A DNA stretch of 64,000 bases. Source: Gemmatimonadales bacterium (lineage in GTDB: Bacteria > Gemmatimonadota > Gemmatimonadetes > Gemmatimonadales > GWC2-71-9). This document shows, one piece after another, positions 53,904 to 62,856 of this stretch (position 1 is its first letter; each line of letters opens with the position of its first letter). A program made the position numbers and the translations under genes. The DNA lies in NCBI GenBank assembly GCA_036505175.1, contig DASXTV010000044.1, forward strand, positions 1,357-65,356, read 5' to 3'. Under the pieces are notes generated by a model that was given only the letters and a program-made list of their open reading frames with translations, did no database searches and was not told the origin of the DNA.

Positions 53904-54524
53904 CTAAAGTATGAAGAGGTAGGGCGCGAGTTTTTCCTTGAGCAGCACCGTCGCGCGCCACATCTGAGACTTGACCGTGCCGAGCGACACGCCGGCGCGC
54001 GAGGCGATCTCGTGATAGCTGAGCTGCTGGTGGCGGCGTAGCAAGAAGATCTCACGGCACCGAGTCGGCAGGTCGGCGATCGCGCGCGCCACGGCGTCGG
54101 CAAGCTCGCGCCGCAGATACAGATCTTCGGGGCTTGATGCGGTCGGCGCCTCCTCACGCGCCGCGCGCTCAATCCAGGCCGCCGCCACGCGCCGGTGGCG
54201 GAGATACTTCAGAGCGCGGTTACGGGCCGCTACATACAGGTAGGCCCGCGTCAACTCCGCGCCGCCGCGCCGAGCGCGGGAATCCCATAGACGCAGGAAA
54301 AGATCGTGCACCAGGTCCTGGGCGACCCCGGCCGACCCGACAAAGCGGAGGACGTACTCGCACAGATCGACGTAATGTGCTTGAAATGCCGACTCCCACG
54401 CGTGCTGCGTAGGATAGAGGGCGTGGGCCGCCGACCCGGGCTGGGGGGTCGGGAATGCGTGACGCGAGGGGTCCGCCATGGGCGCCTGCCGTGGAACTAC
54501 CGCAGTATCAGCCCTGGGTTCCAT
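53904..54524 (-). CDS. ECF sigma-70 family RNA polymerase sigma factor
   Basis: Region 2 (AQDLVHDLFLRLW) and region 4 (LSYHEIASRAGVSLGTVKSQMWRA). An alternative start 15 codons downstream is possible. Confidence 0.85.
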   Translation of the reverse strand: MEPRADTAVVPRQAPMADPSRHAFPTPQPGSAAHALYPTQHAWESAFQAHYVDLCEYVLRFVGSAGVAQDLVHDLFLRLWDSRARRGGAELTRAYLYVAARNRALKYLRHRRVAAAWIERAAREEAPTASSPEDLYLRRELADAVARAIADLPTRCREIFLLRRHQQLSYHEIASRAGVSLGTVKSQMWRATVLLKEKLAPYLFIL

Positions 54525-54532
54525 CGAGGCGA

Positions 54533-56455
54533 TTAGAGCTCTACGTAGGCCCCCACCTCGAAGACCTGGTTCGGCGGAATCTTAAAGAAGGCCGTCGCCC
54601 GCAGCGCGTTGCGCGACATGAACGCGAACAGCCGCTCCCGCCACATCGCCATGCCGGGACGGTCCGAGGCGATCAGTGTCTCGCGACCGAGAAAGAATGT
54701 GGTCCCCTCCAGGGGGATACTCAGGCCGTTCTCCTTGCATGCCCCCAGAATCTCGTGGATGTCGGGATCCTGCATGAACCCGTAGCGCGCCACGACGCTG
54801 TGAAACCCTTTCCCGCTGCGCTTCAGGGTCACGCGCTGCTCGCCACCAACGTGCGGCACGTCTTCGGTGATCACGGTGAGGAAGACGATCTTCTCGTGTA
54901 GGACCTTGTTGTGCGTGAGATTGAGCACGAGCGCCGGAGGCGTGCCGTCCGAGCTGCCGTACATGAACACCGCCGTCCCCGGTACGCGCGTCGGCGGTTC
55001 GGCCGCGAGATCGGCGAGCAGCAGTTTCAGGGGAACGGTCTTCTCCATCATGCGCTTGGAGAGAATCTCTCGGCCGCGCTTCCAGGTGATCATCACAGAG
55101 TACAGCACGATCGCGATCACCAGCGGCACCCAGCCGCCATGCCAGATCTTCAGGGCGTTCGCAGCGAGAAACGTCAGATCAATGACCAGGAATGACCCGG
55201 ACACGAGCGCGGCCTTGGCAAAACTCCAGCCCCACACTTCGCGGCTCATCACGTAGAACATCACCGTCGTCAGCGCCATCAGCGTGGACAGCGCGACGCC
55301 GTACGCCCCAGCCAGGTTGCTCGAGGTCTGGAAGTACAGCACGAGCGCGATCGTGAGCACCGCGAGCATCTTGTTGACCGACGGCACATAGATCTGGCCG
55401 ATCTCGCGCGACGACGTGTGCTCGATCTCCATGCGCGGGATGTAGCCGAGCTGCACCGCCTGGCGGGTGAGCGAGAACGCGCCGGAGATGACGGCCTGCG
55501 ACGCAATGATCGCTGCCGCCGTCGCGAGCGGAATGAGCGGAATCAGCAGCTTCGCCGGGGCCAGAAGATAGAAGGGGTTGGCCGCCGCCTCGGGATTCGT
55601 CAGCAACAGGGCGCCCTGGCCGAAATAGTTGAGCAGCAGCGCGGGCAACGGAATCGTGAACCACGCGAGCTGGATCGCCGTGTGGCCGAAATGGCCAAGG
55701 TCGGCATAGAGCGCTTCGCCGCCGGTCACGACCAGGAACACCGCGCCCAGTACGAGCAGGCCGCGTCCCGGATCGTCCGCAAAAAACCGAATGGCGTGGG
55801 TCGGAATCACGGCACCGACGACGGCGGGATTCTTGAGAATGCCATTGACCCCCAGCACCGCGATCGTGGCGAACCACACCAGCATGACCGGCCCGAATAT
55901 GGCGCCGACTCCAGCCGTGCCGCGGCTCTGGAACATGAACAGACCGATCAGGATGGCGAGTGTGATCCAAATGACCCAATGCTGCAATGCCGGCGTCGCA
56001 ATCTCGAGGCCCTCAACCGCCGACAACACCGAGATCGCGGGGGTCAGCGCCCCATCAGCGTACAGCAACGCCGCCCCGAAGATGCCGAGGACGATCATCA
56101 GCCGCCGCGGCGTGAGTCCCCGTGCCAACCGGCTGCCGTTCACCAGCGCCATCAACGCGAGCACACCGCCTTCACCCTTGTTGTCGGCGCGGATGATCAC
56201 GACGTGGTACTTCACCGTCACGATGAGGAGCAGCGACCAGAAGATGAGCGACAGCACGCCCAGCACGTTGCCCGGTGTTACGGGAATCCCATGCTGCCCA
56301 TGAAACGCCTCCCGCAACGCGTACAGCGGGCTCGTCCCGATGTCGCCGTACACCACGCCGAGTGCCAGCAATGACAGGCGCGCCAGGTACCGTCCTCGCG
56401 GATGGGCTGGCGCGGCAGTCGGATGTGGGTTTTGAGGAGCAACAGGGGCGCTCAT
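54533..56455 (-). CDS. kup: Potassium uptake protein Kup
   Basis: LALGVVYGDIGTSPLYALRE N-terminal signature. 640 aa. Confidence 0.95.
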   Translation of the reverse strand: MSAPVAPQNPHPTAAPAHPRGRYLARLSLLALGVVYGDIGTSPLYALREAFHGQHGIPVTPGNVLGVLSLIFWSLLLIVTVKYHVVIIRADNKGEGGVLALMALVNGSRLARGLTPRRLMIVLGIFGAALLYADGALTPAISVLSAVEGLEIATPALQHWVIWITLAILIGLFMFQSRGTAGVGAIFGPVMLVWFATIAVLGVNGILKNPAVVGAVIPTHAIRFFADDPGRGLLVLGAVFLVVTGGEALYADLGHFGHTAIQLAWFTIPLPALLLNYFGQGALLLTNPEAAANPFYLLAPAKLLIPLIPLATAAAIIASQAVISGAFSLTRQAVQLGYIPRMEIEHTSSREIGQIYVPSVNKMLAVLTIALVLYFQTSSNLAGAYGVALSTLMALTTVMFYVMSREVWGWSFAKAALVSGSFLVIDLTFLAANALKIWHGGWVPLVIAIVLYSVMITWKRGREILSKRMMEKTVPLKLLLADLAAEPPTRVPGTAVFMYGSSDGTPPALVLNLTHNKVLHEKIVFLTVITEDVPHVGGEQRVTLKRSGKGFHSVVARYGFMQDPDIHEILGACKENGLSIPLEGTTFFLGRETLIASDRPGMAMWRERLFAFMSRNALRATAFFKIPPNQVFEVGAYVEL

Positions 56456-57639
56456 CGCGGGGGAACCCTATGCAGGCGCGTCCAGAAAGGCCAGAGGATC
56501 ACCAAACCCAAAGCGCCAGCGGCACTTACGAGGAATGCTGTTCCGCCACTCGCAGTTTGAAAAACGACCCCCAGCGCGATCCCGCCGACCAGCGCGGCGA
56601 CGCCCGTCAGCCCATGATAGACCCCAAATCCGCTGCCGTGGCGGCCGCCGGTCGCCGCCGATACGAGCGCCCGCTCGGGGCTCTCCGTCAGTCCTGCCAC
56701 GACTCCGAGCGCCAGAAATACCACCCACGCTGCCAAGGGACTCGCGGCGAACGCCATCCCCGCGGCAAGCGCGACGTACGTGAGCCATCCGATCCACATC
56801 GTCCGCGACGGCCCGATCCGGTCCGACAGCGAACCCCCGAGGAAACTCGTGGATGCCTTGATGACGTGCAGCGCCGCCCAGAGGAGCGGGATGAGTGCGA
56901 CGGCGATACCTAACTGTTGCGCCCTCAGGATGATCAAGGTCTCTGGCATGCGGAGCAGATAGAAAATCGAGATGGCGATGACTGCTGGCGGTAGGGGGCG
57001 GGAGGGGGCGGGAGGAGGCGGTATGGTCGCGGATAGGTCATGCGCTCCTACCGCCCCCTCCCGCCTCCTACCGCCCCTAACCGCCCAGGCAGCAAGCACC
57101 GTCACCAGAACGCCCGGAACGATGCTCCACAGGATGACGGACCGCACGTCCGCACCGCGACTCAGGACCACCCACGCAACCACCGGGCCGATCACGGCGC
57201 CGACGTGGTCCAGCCCGCGCTGCAGCCCGAATGCGCGCCCGACCATCGGAGCCGGCGTCACGTCCGCGATCAACGCGTCGCGTGGCGGAGTCCGCAACCC
57301 CTTGCCGAGCCGGTCCACGACGCGCAGGCCGATCACCTGCCACGCCGCCGACGTCAGCGCGATAATGGGCCGAACGGCGGCCGCGAGGAAATAGCCGCCG
57401 ACGATCAGTGGCCCGCGGCGCTCTGCGCGATCAGCAAGTCGACCCGAGATGAGCTTGATCAGCGCTGCTGCGGCATCTGCGGCCCCGTCCAGCGCGCCCA
57501 ACGCCGCCGCCCCGCCACCCAGCACGCCGGTGACGAACGCTGGCAGCAGCGGGTAGATCATCTCACTCGCGAAATCGTTGAGAAGGGAAACGGCACCGAA
57601 CAGCTTGACCTGCCTGGGAAGCGCGGGTCGATTACTCAC
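56452..57639 (-). CDS. MFS transporter (with unusual loop insert)
   Basis: About 12 TM segments and a GRLADRAERRG motif. ATGA overlap with kup. The central loop is encoded by the inverted repeat at 56987-57085. Confidence 0.8.
   Translation of the reverse strand: MSNRPALPRQVKLFGAVSLLNDFASEMIYPLLPAFVTGVLGGGAAALGALDGAADAAAALIKLISGRLADRAERRGPLIVGGYFLAAAVRPIIALTSAAWQVIGLRVVDRLGKGLRTPPRDALIADVTPAPMVGRAFGLQRGLDHVGAVIGPVVAWVVLSRGADVRSVILWSIVPGVLVTVLAAWAVRGGRRREGAVGAHDLSATIPPPPAPSRPLPPAVIAISIFYLLRMPETLIILRAQQLGIAVALIPLLWAALHVIKASTSFLGGSLSDRIGPSRTMWIGWLTYVALAAGMAFAASPLAAWVVFLALGVVAGLTESPERALVSAATGGRHGSGFGVYHGLTGVAALVGGIALGVVFQTASGGTAFLVSAAGALGLVILWPFWTRLHRVPPR
56987..57085. repeat. Imperfect 37-bp inverted repeat made of G-rich and C-rich decamer arrays
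   Basis: Left arm 56987-57023 GGCGGTAGGGGGCGGGAGGGGGCGGGAGGAGGCGGTA. The right-arm repeat array spans 57045-57085; the 37 nt at 57049-57085 pair with the left arm at 32 of 37 positions by hand alignment, leaving a 25-nt loop. The left arm also fits a G3+N1-7 x4 G-quadruplex pattern. Confidence 0.8.
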
Positions 57640-59257
57640 CCAAGCCGAGTCCCCAGCGAATCAAGCTGACGGGCAGGCCGCCGTATGGGAGCACGGCGTC
57701 GTGGAACGCGCGCAGCGAGAAGCCGTTGCCCTTCGCCTTACGGAAATCGTCGCGCAGCCGGAGCAGCTCACGCCGGCCCACGGCATAGCACAACTGATAC
57801 GCCGGCCAGGCGCAGTAGCGCCGCACTTCCGCCTCGGCGTTGCCGCGCTCGACATGCAGCTCGTTCACCATCTGATCGACCGCCTGCTCCCGCGTCATGC
57901 CGCGCGTGTGGAGGCCGACGTCGAGCAGGATGCGCATCGCGCGCCACAGCAGGTGCACGCGCTGGAAGAACAGCTCCTGGTCCGAGGCGTAGAATCCCTC
58001 TTCGCCCATCATGTCTTCGCAGTACAATGCCCACCCCTCGACCGTGAGGGGCGTCCAAAGGTTCTTGCGGACATGCGACGGCTGCTCTTTGGCGATCACG
58101 AGCTGCAGATGGTGACCGGGATAGCCTTCGTGCAACGCCGTCGCGGCCAGCTCGTAGCGGCAGTGGTCGCGCAGAATCCGCTCCTGCTGCTGAGGCGGCA
58201 GACGTGAATCGGGGACCGTGACGTAGAACCAGCCGGTGCGGTCGCGGCTGTAGGCGCCAGGGCTGTCGTACGCGGCGTAGGGAATCACGGGACGCATGAA
58301 CGCCGGCGTGGGGATCACGGCGAGCGGCGCCTTGGGGATCGGCGCCAGGTTTCGTTGCTCGACGAAGTCGCGCGCGCGAGCCATCTCCTTGGCATACGCG
58401 TCCACCAGCTCGTGCGGGGCCGGGTGATCGGCGCGCAGCTTGTCGACGAGGTCGGGCCACGACCTCCCCCGCCCCCCTCCCCCCCCATCCAGCCGCGTGG
58501 CGAGTCGCACGAGATCGGCCTCGATCTCTTCCTTGAGCCGCAGCCCATAGCGCCACAGCTCCGGCGCAGTATCACGTAGGGCATGCTGATAGTGCAGCAG
58601 GAAGTTGAATGCTTCTTCACCGATCGCAAAATGCTCCGTTCCCATCTCGAGCCAGCGCTCGAGATTGGATTCGAAGGCGAGCAGCGCAGCGCTCGCCTGC
58701 TCCGCCGCCCCCGTCAGCCGGCTGGCATGCATCGGCGCCCGTGGACCGAGCGCGGCGGCGAGCTCCTTCACGAGCAAGCGGCCGCCTTCAGTCATGCGCA
58801 CCGCCGTCTCGACGAACACACGCACCGGTTCCTCGAGCGTGGTCTTGAGATCCTCGAGGAAGTCGGGGATGTCCTCGAGGCGCCCGATCGCGGCGGCTGC
58901 CTTCTCGGCGGGCGTCCGATCCGCCGAGAGCAGCAAGTGATGCAGCCCGCCGAGCAGGTGCGAGAGCCAGAACTCGGGATTCTTGGCCTGCGGTTTGAGT
59001 TTCTCGAAGCGGCGCAGCATGACGCGGATCTCGTTCAGCAGCGCCGTGCGGTCGATCTCCTCCTGGAGATCGGCGGCGTTGGCTCCTTCCAGCGCGGTGG
59101 CGATCGATTTGAGCGCCGCCAGATGGGGCGCGAGTGCCCCGGGGCTGAAGCGGCCGTAGCGATCATCGTGTCCCGGCACCCCGGCCTGCGTGGCGGCAAC
59201 CGGATCCATGTGCCAGTAGAGATCGAAAAACGACTTCTCGATGTCGCGCAGGCTCAT
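57632..59257 (-). CDS. DUF885-family protein (metallopeptidase-like)
   Basis: HEGYPGHHLQ motif and FYVTVP segment. Start moved to ATG 59257 (ATGA overlap with the upstream stop); the track start is 59278. Confidence 0.8.
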   Translation of the reverse strand: MSLRDIEKSFFDLYWHMDPVAATQAGVPGHDDRYGRFSPGALAPHLAALKSIATALEGANAADLQEEIDRTALLNEIRVMLRRFEKLKPQAKNPEFWLSHLLGGLHHLLLSADRTPAEKAAAAIGRLEDIPDFLEDLKTTLEEPVRVFVETAVRMTEGGRLLVKELAAALGPRAPMHASRLTGAAEQASAALLAFESNLERWLEMGTEHFAIGEEAFNFLLHYQHALRDTAPELWRYGLRLKEEIEADLVRLATRLDGGGGGRGRSWPDLVDKLRADHPAPHELVDAYAKEMARARDFVEQRNLAPIPKAPLAVIPTPAFMRPVIPYAAYDSPGAYSRDRTGWFYVTVPDSRLPPQQQERILRDHCRYELAATALHEGYPGHHLQLVIAKEQPSHVRKNLWTPLTVEGWALYCEDMMGEEGFYASDQELFFQRVHLLWRAMRILLDVGLHTRGMTREQAVDQMVNELHVERGNAEAEVRRYCAWPAYQLCYAVGRRELLRLRDDFRKAKGNGFSLRAFHDAVLPYGGLPVSLIRWGLGLGE

Positions 59258-60501
59258 GCGTTCAACAACCGATGGCATTCTTCGTCAGACAGGACCCGGT
59301 CGGTGCGCTTGGCCGCATCGAAGAGGGTACGGCATGCCGCTTCGTCATCGGGATCGTAACCGTGATGCTCGAGCCAGTACTTCACGTTGGACAGGCCCGA
59401 CACCGGCGAGATCTCGATGCGCTGCTCGAAACCGAACTCCTCCGCCGGCACCGAGCTATAGACCCGATCGGCCAACCAGTTGTGGCCCTTCTTTTTGGCC
59501 TTGATGATCGCCGCGGCATGCACGCCCGTGCCCGTCCGGAATGCATCGGTCCCGACCACGGGATAATTCACGGGAATCGGCACCCCCACCGCGTCCGCGA
59601 CGAGGCGGCAGTACTCGGGCAACTTCCGAATGTCGCCCTGGTGCGCGCCCAACAGCTTCAGATTCACGATCAGGAGATCCATCTCGGCGTTGCCGACCCG
59701 CTCGCCCACGCCGAGCGCGGTCGCATGCACGCGATCGACCCCGGCCTCGATCGCGGCGAGGCAGTTGATGAGGCCCATTCCCCGATCGCGATGCCCGTGC
59801 CAATCGATTTTTACGGGGTTCTGCTGGACGATTTCCTGCTTGACGAATTTTATCAACGCCTTCACGCCCTCAGGCGTCGCATGTCCCACCGTATCCGCGA
59901 GACAGATTCGTCGCGCCCCGCACGCAATCGCGGCGCCGTAGAGCTCTTTCAGCGTCTCGGGGCGCGCGCGCGTCGTATCCTCCGTGACATACATGACCGG
60001 GAGGCCGTGCCGTACCGCGAAAGTCACTGCCTCTTTGGTCGCGGCGACGATCCGATCCAGTGTCCAGTCTTCCGTATACTGCCGGATCGGCGAGGAGCCG
60101 ATGAAGGTCGCGGCTTCGATCTTGATCCCGACCTCTTCGGAGACGCGGACGATCGGCTCGATATCGGCGATGACCGTCCGCGCGGCGCAATTCGGGGTGA
60201 TCGGCAGCTTGTGATCGCGGATCTCCATGGCCAGTGCCCGTACCTGGTCCACGACGCGGGGACCGGCACCGGGCAGGCCGATATCGGCGGCCACGATGCC
60301 GAGGTCGGCCATCAGATGGAGCAGCCGCTTTTTGACGTCGAGCGAGGGATCGGTCACCGACGGGGACTGCAGGCCGTCGCGCAGCGTCTCGTCGTTGAGG
60401 TCAACGCGGGCGCGCGTCCAGTCAAAGCTGCCGTTTACGCCCGTGCTGTTCCAGTCGTAGATAAGCTGGCGCTCATCCATCCGTTTAGTATAGTTCGCCA
60501 C
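59254..60501 (-). CDS. LeuA/homocitrate synthase-family HMGL-like enzyme lacking the LeuA regulatory domain
   Basis: LNDETLRDGLQSP, DTVGHATP, HGHRDRGMGLINCLAAIEAG motifs. 415 aa with no C-terminal LeuA_dimer domain. GTG start at 60501 or ATG at 60480. Confidence 0.85.
   Translation of the reverse strand: MANYTKRMDERQLIYDWNSTGVNGSFDWTRARVDLNDETLRDGLQSPSVTDPSLDVKKRLLHLMADLGIVAADIGLPGAGPRVVDQVRALAMEIRDHKLPITPNCAARTVIADIEPIVRVSEEVGIKIEAATFIGSSPIRQYTEDWTLDRIVAATKEAVTFAVRHGLPVMYVTEDTTRARPETLKELYGAAIACGARRICLADTVGHATPEGVKALIKFVKQEIVQQNPVKIDWHGHRDRGMGLINCLAAIEAGVDRVHATALGVGERVGNAEMDLLIVNLKLLGAHQGDIRKLPEYCRLVADAVGVPIPVNYPVVGTDAFRTGTGVHAAAIIKAKKKGHNWLADRVYSSVPAEEFGFEQRIEISPVSGLSNVKYWLEHHGYDPDDEAACRTLFDAAKRTDRVLSDEECHRLLNA
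60487..60494. promoter_or_regulatory. Overlapping divergent -10-like hexamers (TATAGT plus strand / TATACT minus strand)
   Basis: TAGTATAGT at 60486-60494. Plus-strand TATAGT ends 8 nt before ATG 60503. Minus-strand TATACT ends 6 nt before ATG 60480. This suggests leaderless transcripts (inference). Confidence 0.3.
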
Positions 60502-60502
60502 A

Positions 60503-61744
60503 ATGGTTCAATCCATCACCGCACTTTTTGGCCACGAACGCGTGCGCGCCGCACGCGCGCACATCGAGCGCTCGGACGAAGCGACGCTCGGCCGCCAGGC
60601 CGTGCTGTCGGCGATCCCCGCGCCTACGGGCGCCGAAGCCGCGCGTGGGGCGCGCGTGTCCGAAATGTTGGATGAGGCAGGTTTGGAGAACGTGACCATC
60701 GATGATGTCGGGAATGTGCGCGGATGGTATCGAACTGGGTCGAGGGACGGATGCGTCGTGGTATCTGCACATCTGGACACCGTGTTCGGCCCGGAACTGG
60801 ACGTGTCCGTCGCGCGGCACGGTCCACGCTTGCAAGGTCCCGGCATCGCCGACAATGCGCGCGGCCTCGCCGCGCTCGTCACGGTTGGCGAGGCGCTCAC
60901 GCGCGCTCGCGTGGCCACGGAGCGTCCCATCCTGTTCGCCGCGACCGTGGGCGAGGAGGGGTCGGGTGACTTGCGTGGGGTACGATATCTGATCAGTGGG
61001 GATGTAGGGGCGCAGCATGCTGCGCCCCTACACAAACGAACACACGACGCGGCCATTCGCCCCTACGCATTCATTGCGTTGGATGGCGCCGGCATCGAGC
61101 GCATCGTCCACCGCGCGCTGGGCGCGCGCCGCTATCACGTCACGTATCGCGGACCGGGTGGCCACTCGTGGGCCGCATTCGGCGTCGCGAATCCAGCGAA
61201 CGCAGTCGGGACAGCGATCGATCGCATCGCCGACATCCCCACGCCCCACGCCCCACGCACTAGTTGTTCAGTCGTGCGCCTCGGCGGAGGGACCAGTCTC
61301 AATTCGATCCCCCAGCAGGCGTGGTTCGACGTCGATCTTCGCAGCGAAGAGCCCCGCGCGCTGGAGAAACTCGACGGAGCCGTTCAAGCCATCCTGACCC
61401 AAACACTGGACGAAGAGAATCGCCACCGTCTTCCCGGTACGGCTCCGCTCACCATCGACGTCCGGCGCGTGGGTGACCGGCCCTCGGGCCTCACGCCCCG
61501 GACGCATCCGCTGGTGCAGACCGCCGTGGCGGCGACGCGCGCGGTGGGCCACGAGCACCAGTTGGCGTGCGCCTCCACCGACGCCAACGTCCCCATCGCC
61601 CTCGGCGTCCCGGCGGTGGCGTTGGGCGGGGGTGGTCGATCGGGTGACGCGCATCTGCCGACGGAATGGTACGAGAACAGCGACGGAGCGCTCGGCGTCG
61701 TGCGGGCGATGCTCGTCACGGCGGCCATGGCCGGTGTTCCTTAG
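60503..61744 (+). CDS. M20 family metallopeptidase (ArgE/DapE/CPG2-like)
   Basis: SAHLDTVF, GIADNARG, TVGEEGSGDLRG motifs. 413 aa. Confidence 0.85.
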   Translation: MVQSITALFGHERVRAARAHIERSDEATLGRQAVLSAIPAPTGAEAARGARVSEMLDEAGLENVTIDDVGNVRGWYRTGSRDGCVVVSAHLDTVFGPELDVSVARHGPRLQGPGIADNARGLAALVTVGEALTRARVATERPILFAATVGEEGSGDLRGVRYLISGDVGAQHAAPLHKRTHDAAIRPYAFIALDGAGIERIVHRALGARRYHVTYRGPGGHSWAAFGVANPANAVGTAIDRIADIPTPHAPRTSCSVVRLGGGTSLNSIPQQAWFDVDLRSEEPRALEKLDGAVQAILTQTLDEENRHRLPGTAPLTIDVRRVGDRPSGLTPRTHPLVQTAVAATRAVGHEHQLACASTDANVPIALGVPAVALGGGGRSGDAHLPTEWYENSDGALGVVRAMLVTAAMAGVP

Positions 61745-62856
61745 GCGGGCACCAGCTCCAGCAACGTGATCTCCGAGGGTGCGCCGAGTCGCAGCGGCGG
61801 ACCCCAATAGCCCGTCCCCCGACTCACGTACAGCCACATCCGCTCGAGCCGGTGGAGTCCCGCCACGAACGGCTGGAATAGCCGCACCAGCAGGTTGAAC
61901 GGGAAGTACTGCCCGCCGTGCGTGTGCCCCGAGAGCTGCAGGTCGTAACCCGCCACCTGAGCGGCGAAAGCGCTGCGCGGCTGATGCGCGAGCAGCACGC
62001 GCACATCGCTGTGTGGGGCGCCCGCGACGGCCGCCGCGGGATCGGAGGCCGCCGAGAGATCGGTGACGCCGGCGAGCACGAGCCGGCCGTTGCCCTGCAC
62101 GAGCAGGCGGTGCTCGTTCTCGAGGACTTCGATGCCGAGCCGCTCGAGCTCCCGCGTCCATCCGCGCACGTCCCAGAAATACTCGTGGTTCCCGGTGACG
62201 AAGAACGCCCCATGTGGCGCCCGCAGCCGGCCGAGCGGGGCGACGTGCTCGCGCAAGTCGGGGACGAGGCCGTCGGCCACGTCACCCGTCACAGCGACGA
62301 GGTCGGGTCGCAGCGCATTCGCTCGGTCCACGACGGCGTTGACGAAGCGGCGCCGGATGGTCGGCCCGACGTGCAAGTCGCTCAACTGCACGATCCGGAA
62401 GCCATTGAGGTCGCTGGGGAGATCTGCGATCGGCACGGTAACGCGGACCACGCGCGGCCGGCGCGCCGCCACCATGCCCACCAGCGTGACCAGCACCGCG
62501 CCGCCCACGACGGCGAGGGTCACGGCCGTGGCCCCGATGCCGTCCCCAGCACCCCAGGCGGAGAGGTGCAGCAGGTCGGCGGCAGCGAAGAAGACGATGA
62601 GCAGCGACACAAGGCCCAGCGCCGTGTACGCCGCCCAGTCGAGCACCCGCATGAGGGGGCCACGCGCGTTGCTGCGTGCACCCACGAGCGCGACGAGCGG
62701 CAGCCACGCCACGAGCAAAACCGCGCCCCAGGCAACGACGCGCGGCAGTCCGCTGAGCGCTGCGGGGCCGAGCACATGACCCCCGACGTAAACATTGAGG
62801 AGCGTCCACAGGCCGCCCACGATCCCGAGCCGCGCCAGCATCTGACGCGCGGTCAT
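61741..62856 (-). CDS. Membrane-anchored metallophosphoesterase (YkuE-like)
   Basis: About 4 N-terminal TM segments, then LSDLHVG, TGDVADG, GNHEY, GHTHGG motifs. Start ATG 62856 (ATGA overlap with the bcp stop). The stop overlaps the convergent M20 stop by 4 nt. Confidence 0.8.
   Translation of the reverse strand: MTARQMLARLGIVGGLWTLLNVYVGGHVLGPAALSGLPRVVAWGAVLLVAWLPLVALVGARSNARGPLMRVLDWAAYTALGLVSLLIVFFAAADLLHLSAWGAGDGIGATAVTLAVVGGAVLVTLVGMVAARRPRVVRVTVPIADLPSDLNGFRIVQLSDLHVGPTIRRRFVNAVVDRANALRPDLVAVTGDVADGLVPDLREHVAPLGRLRAPHGAFFVTGNHEYFWDVRGWTRELERLGIEVLENEHRLLVQGNGRLVLAGVTDLSAASDPAAAVAGAPHSDVRVLLAHQPRSAFAAQVAGYDLQLSGHTHGGQYFPFNLLVRLFQPFVAGLHRLERMWLYVSRGTGYWGPPLRLGAPSEITLLELVPA

Noticed and set aside
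7749-58486. G8/C8-C9 homopolymer tracts (7749-7756, 41315-41323, 53641-53648, 58479-58486) as possible phase-variation switches
   Set aside because: A rough estimate for about 33% G and 33% C predicts several runs of 8 or more nt by chance in 128 kb of two-strand sequence. Three of the four lie in coding sequence as Pro or Gly codons. Only the 41315 tract is mentioned in a finding, and that is because of start-codon ambiguity.
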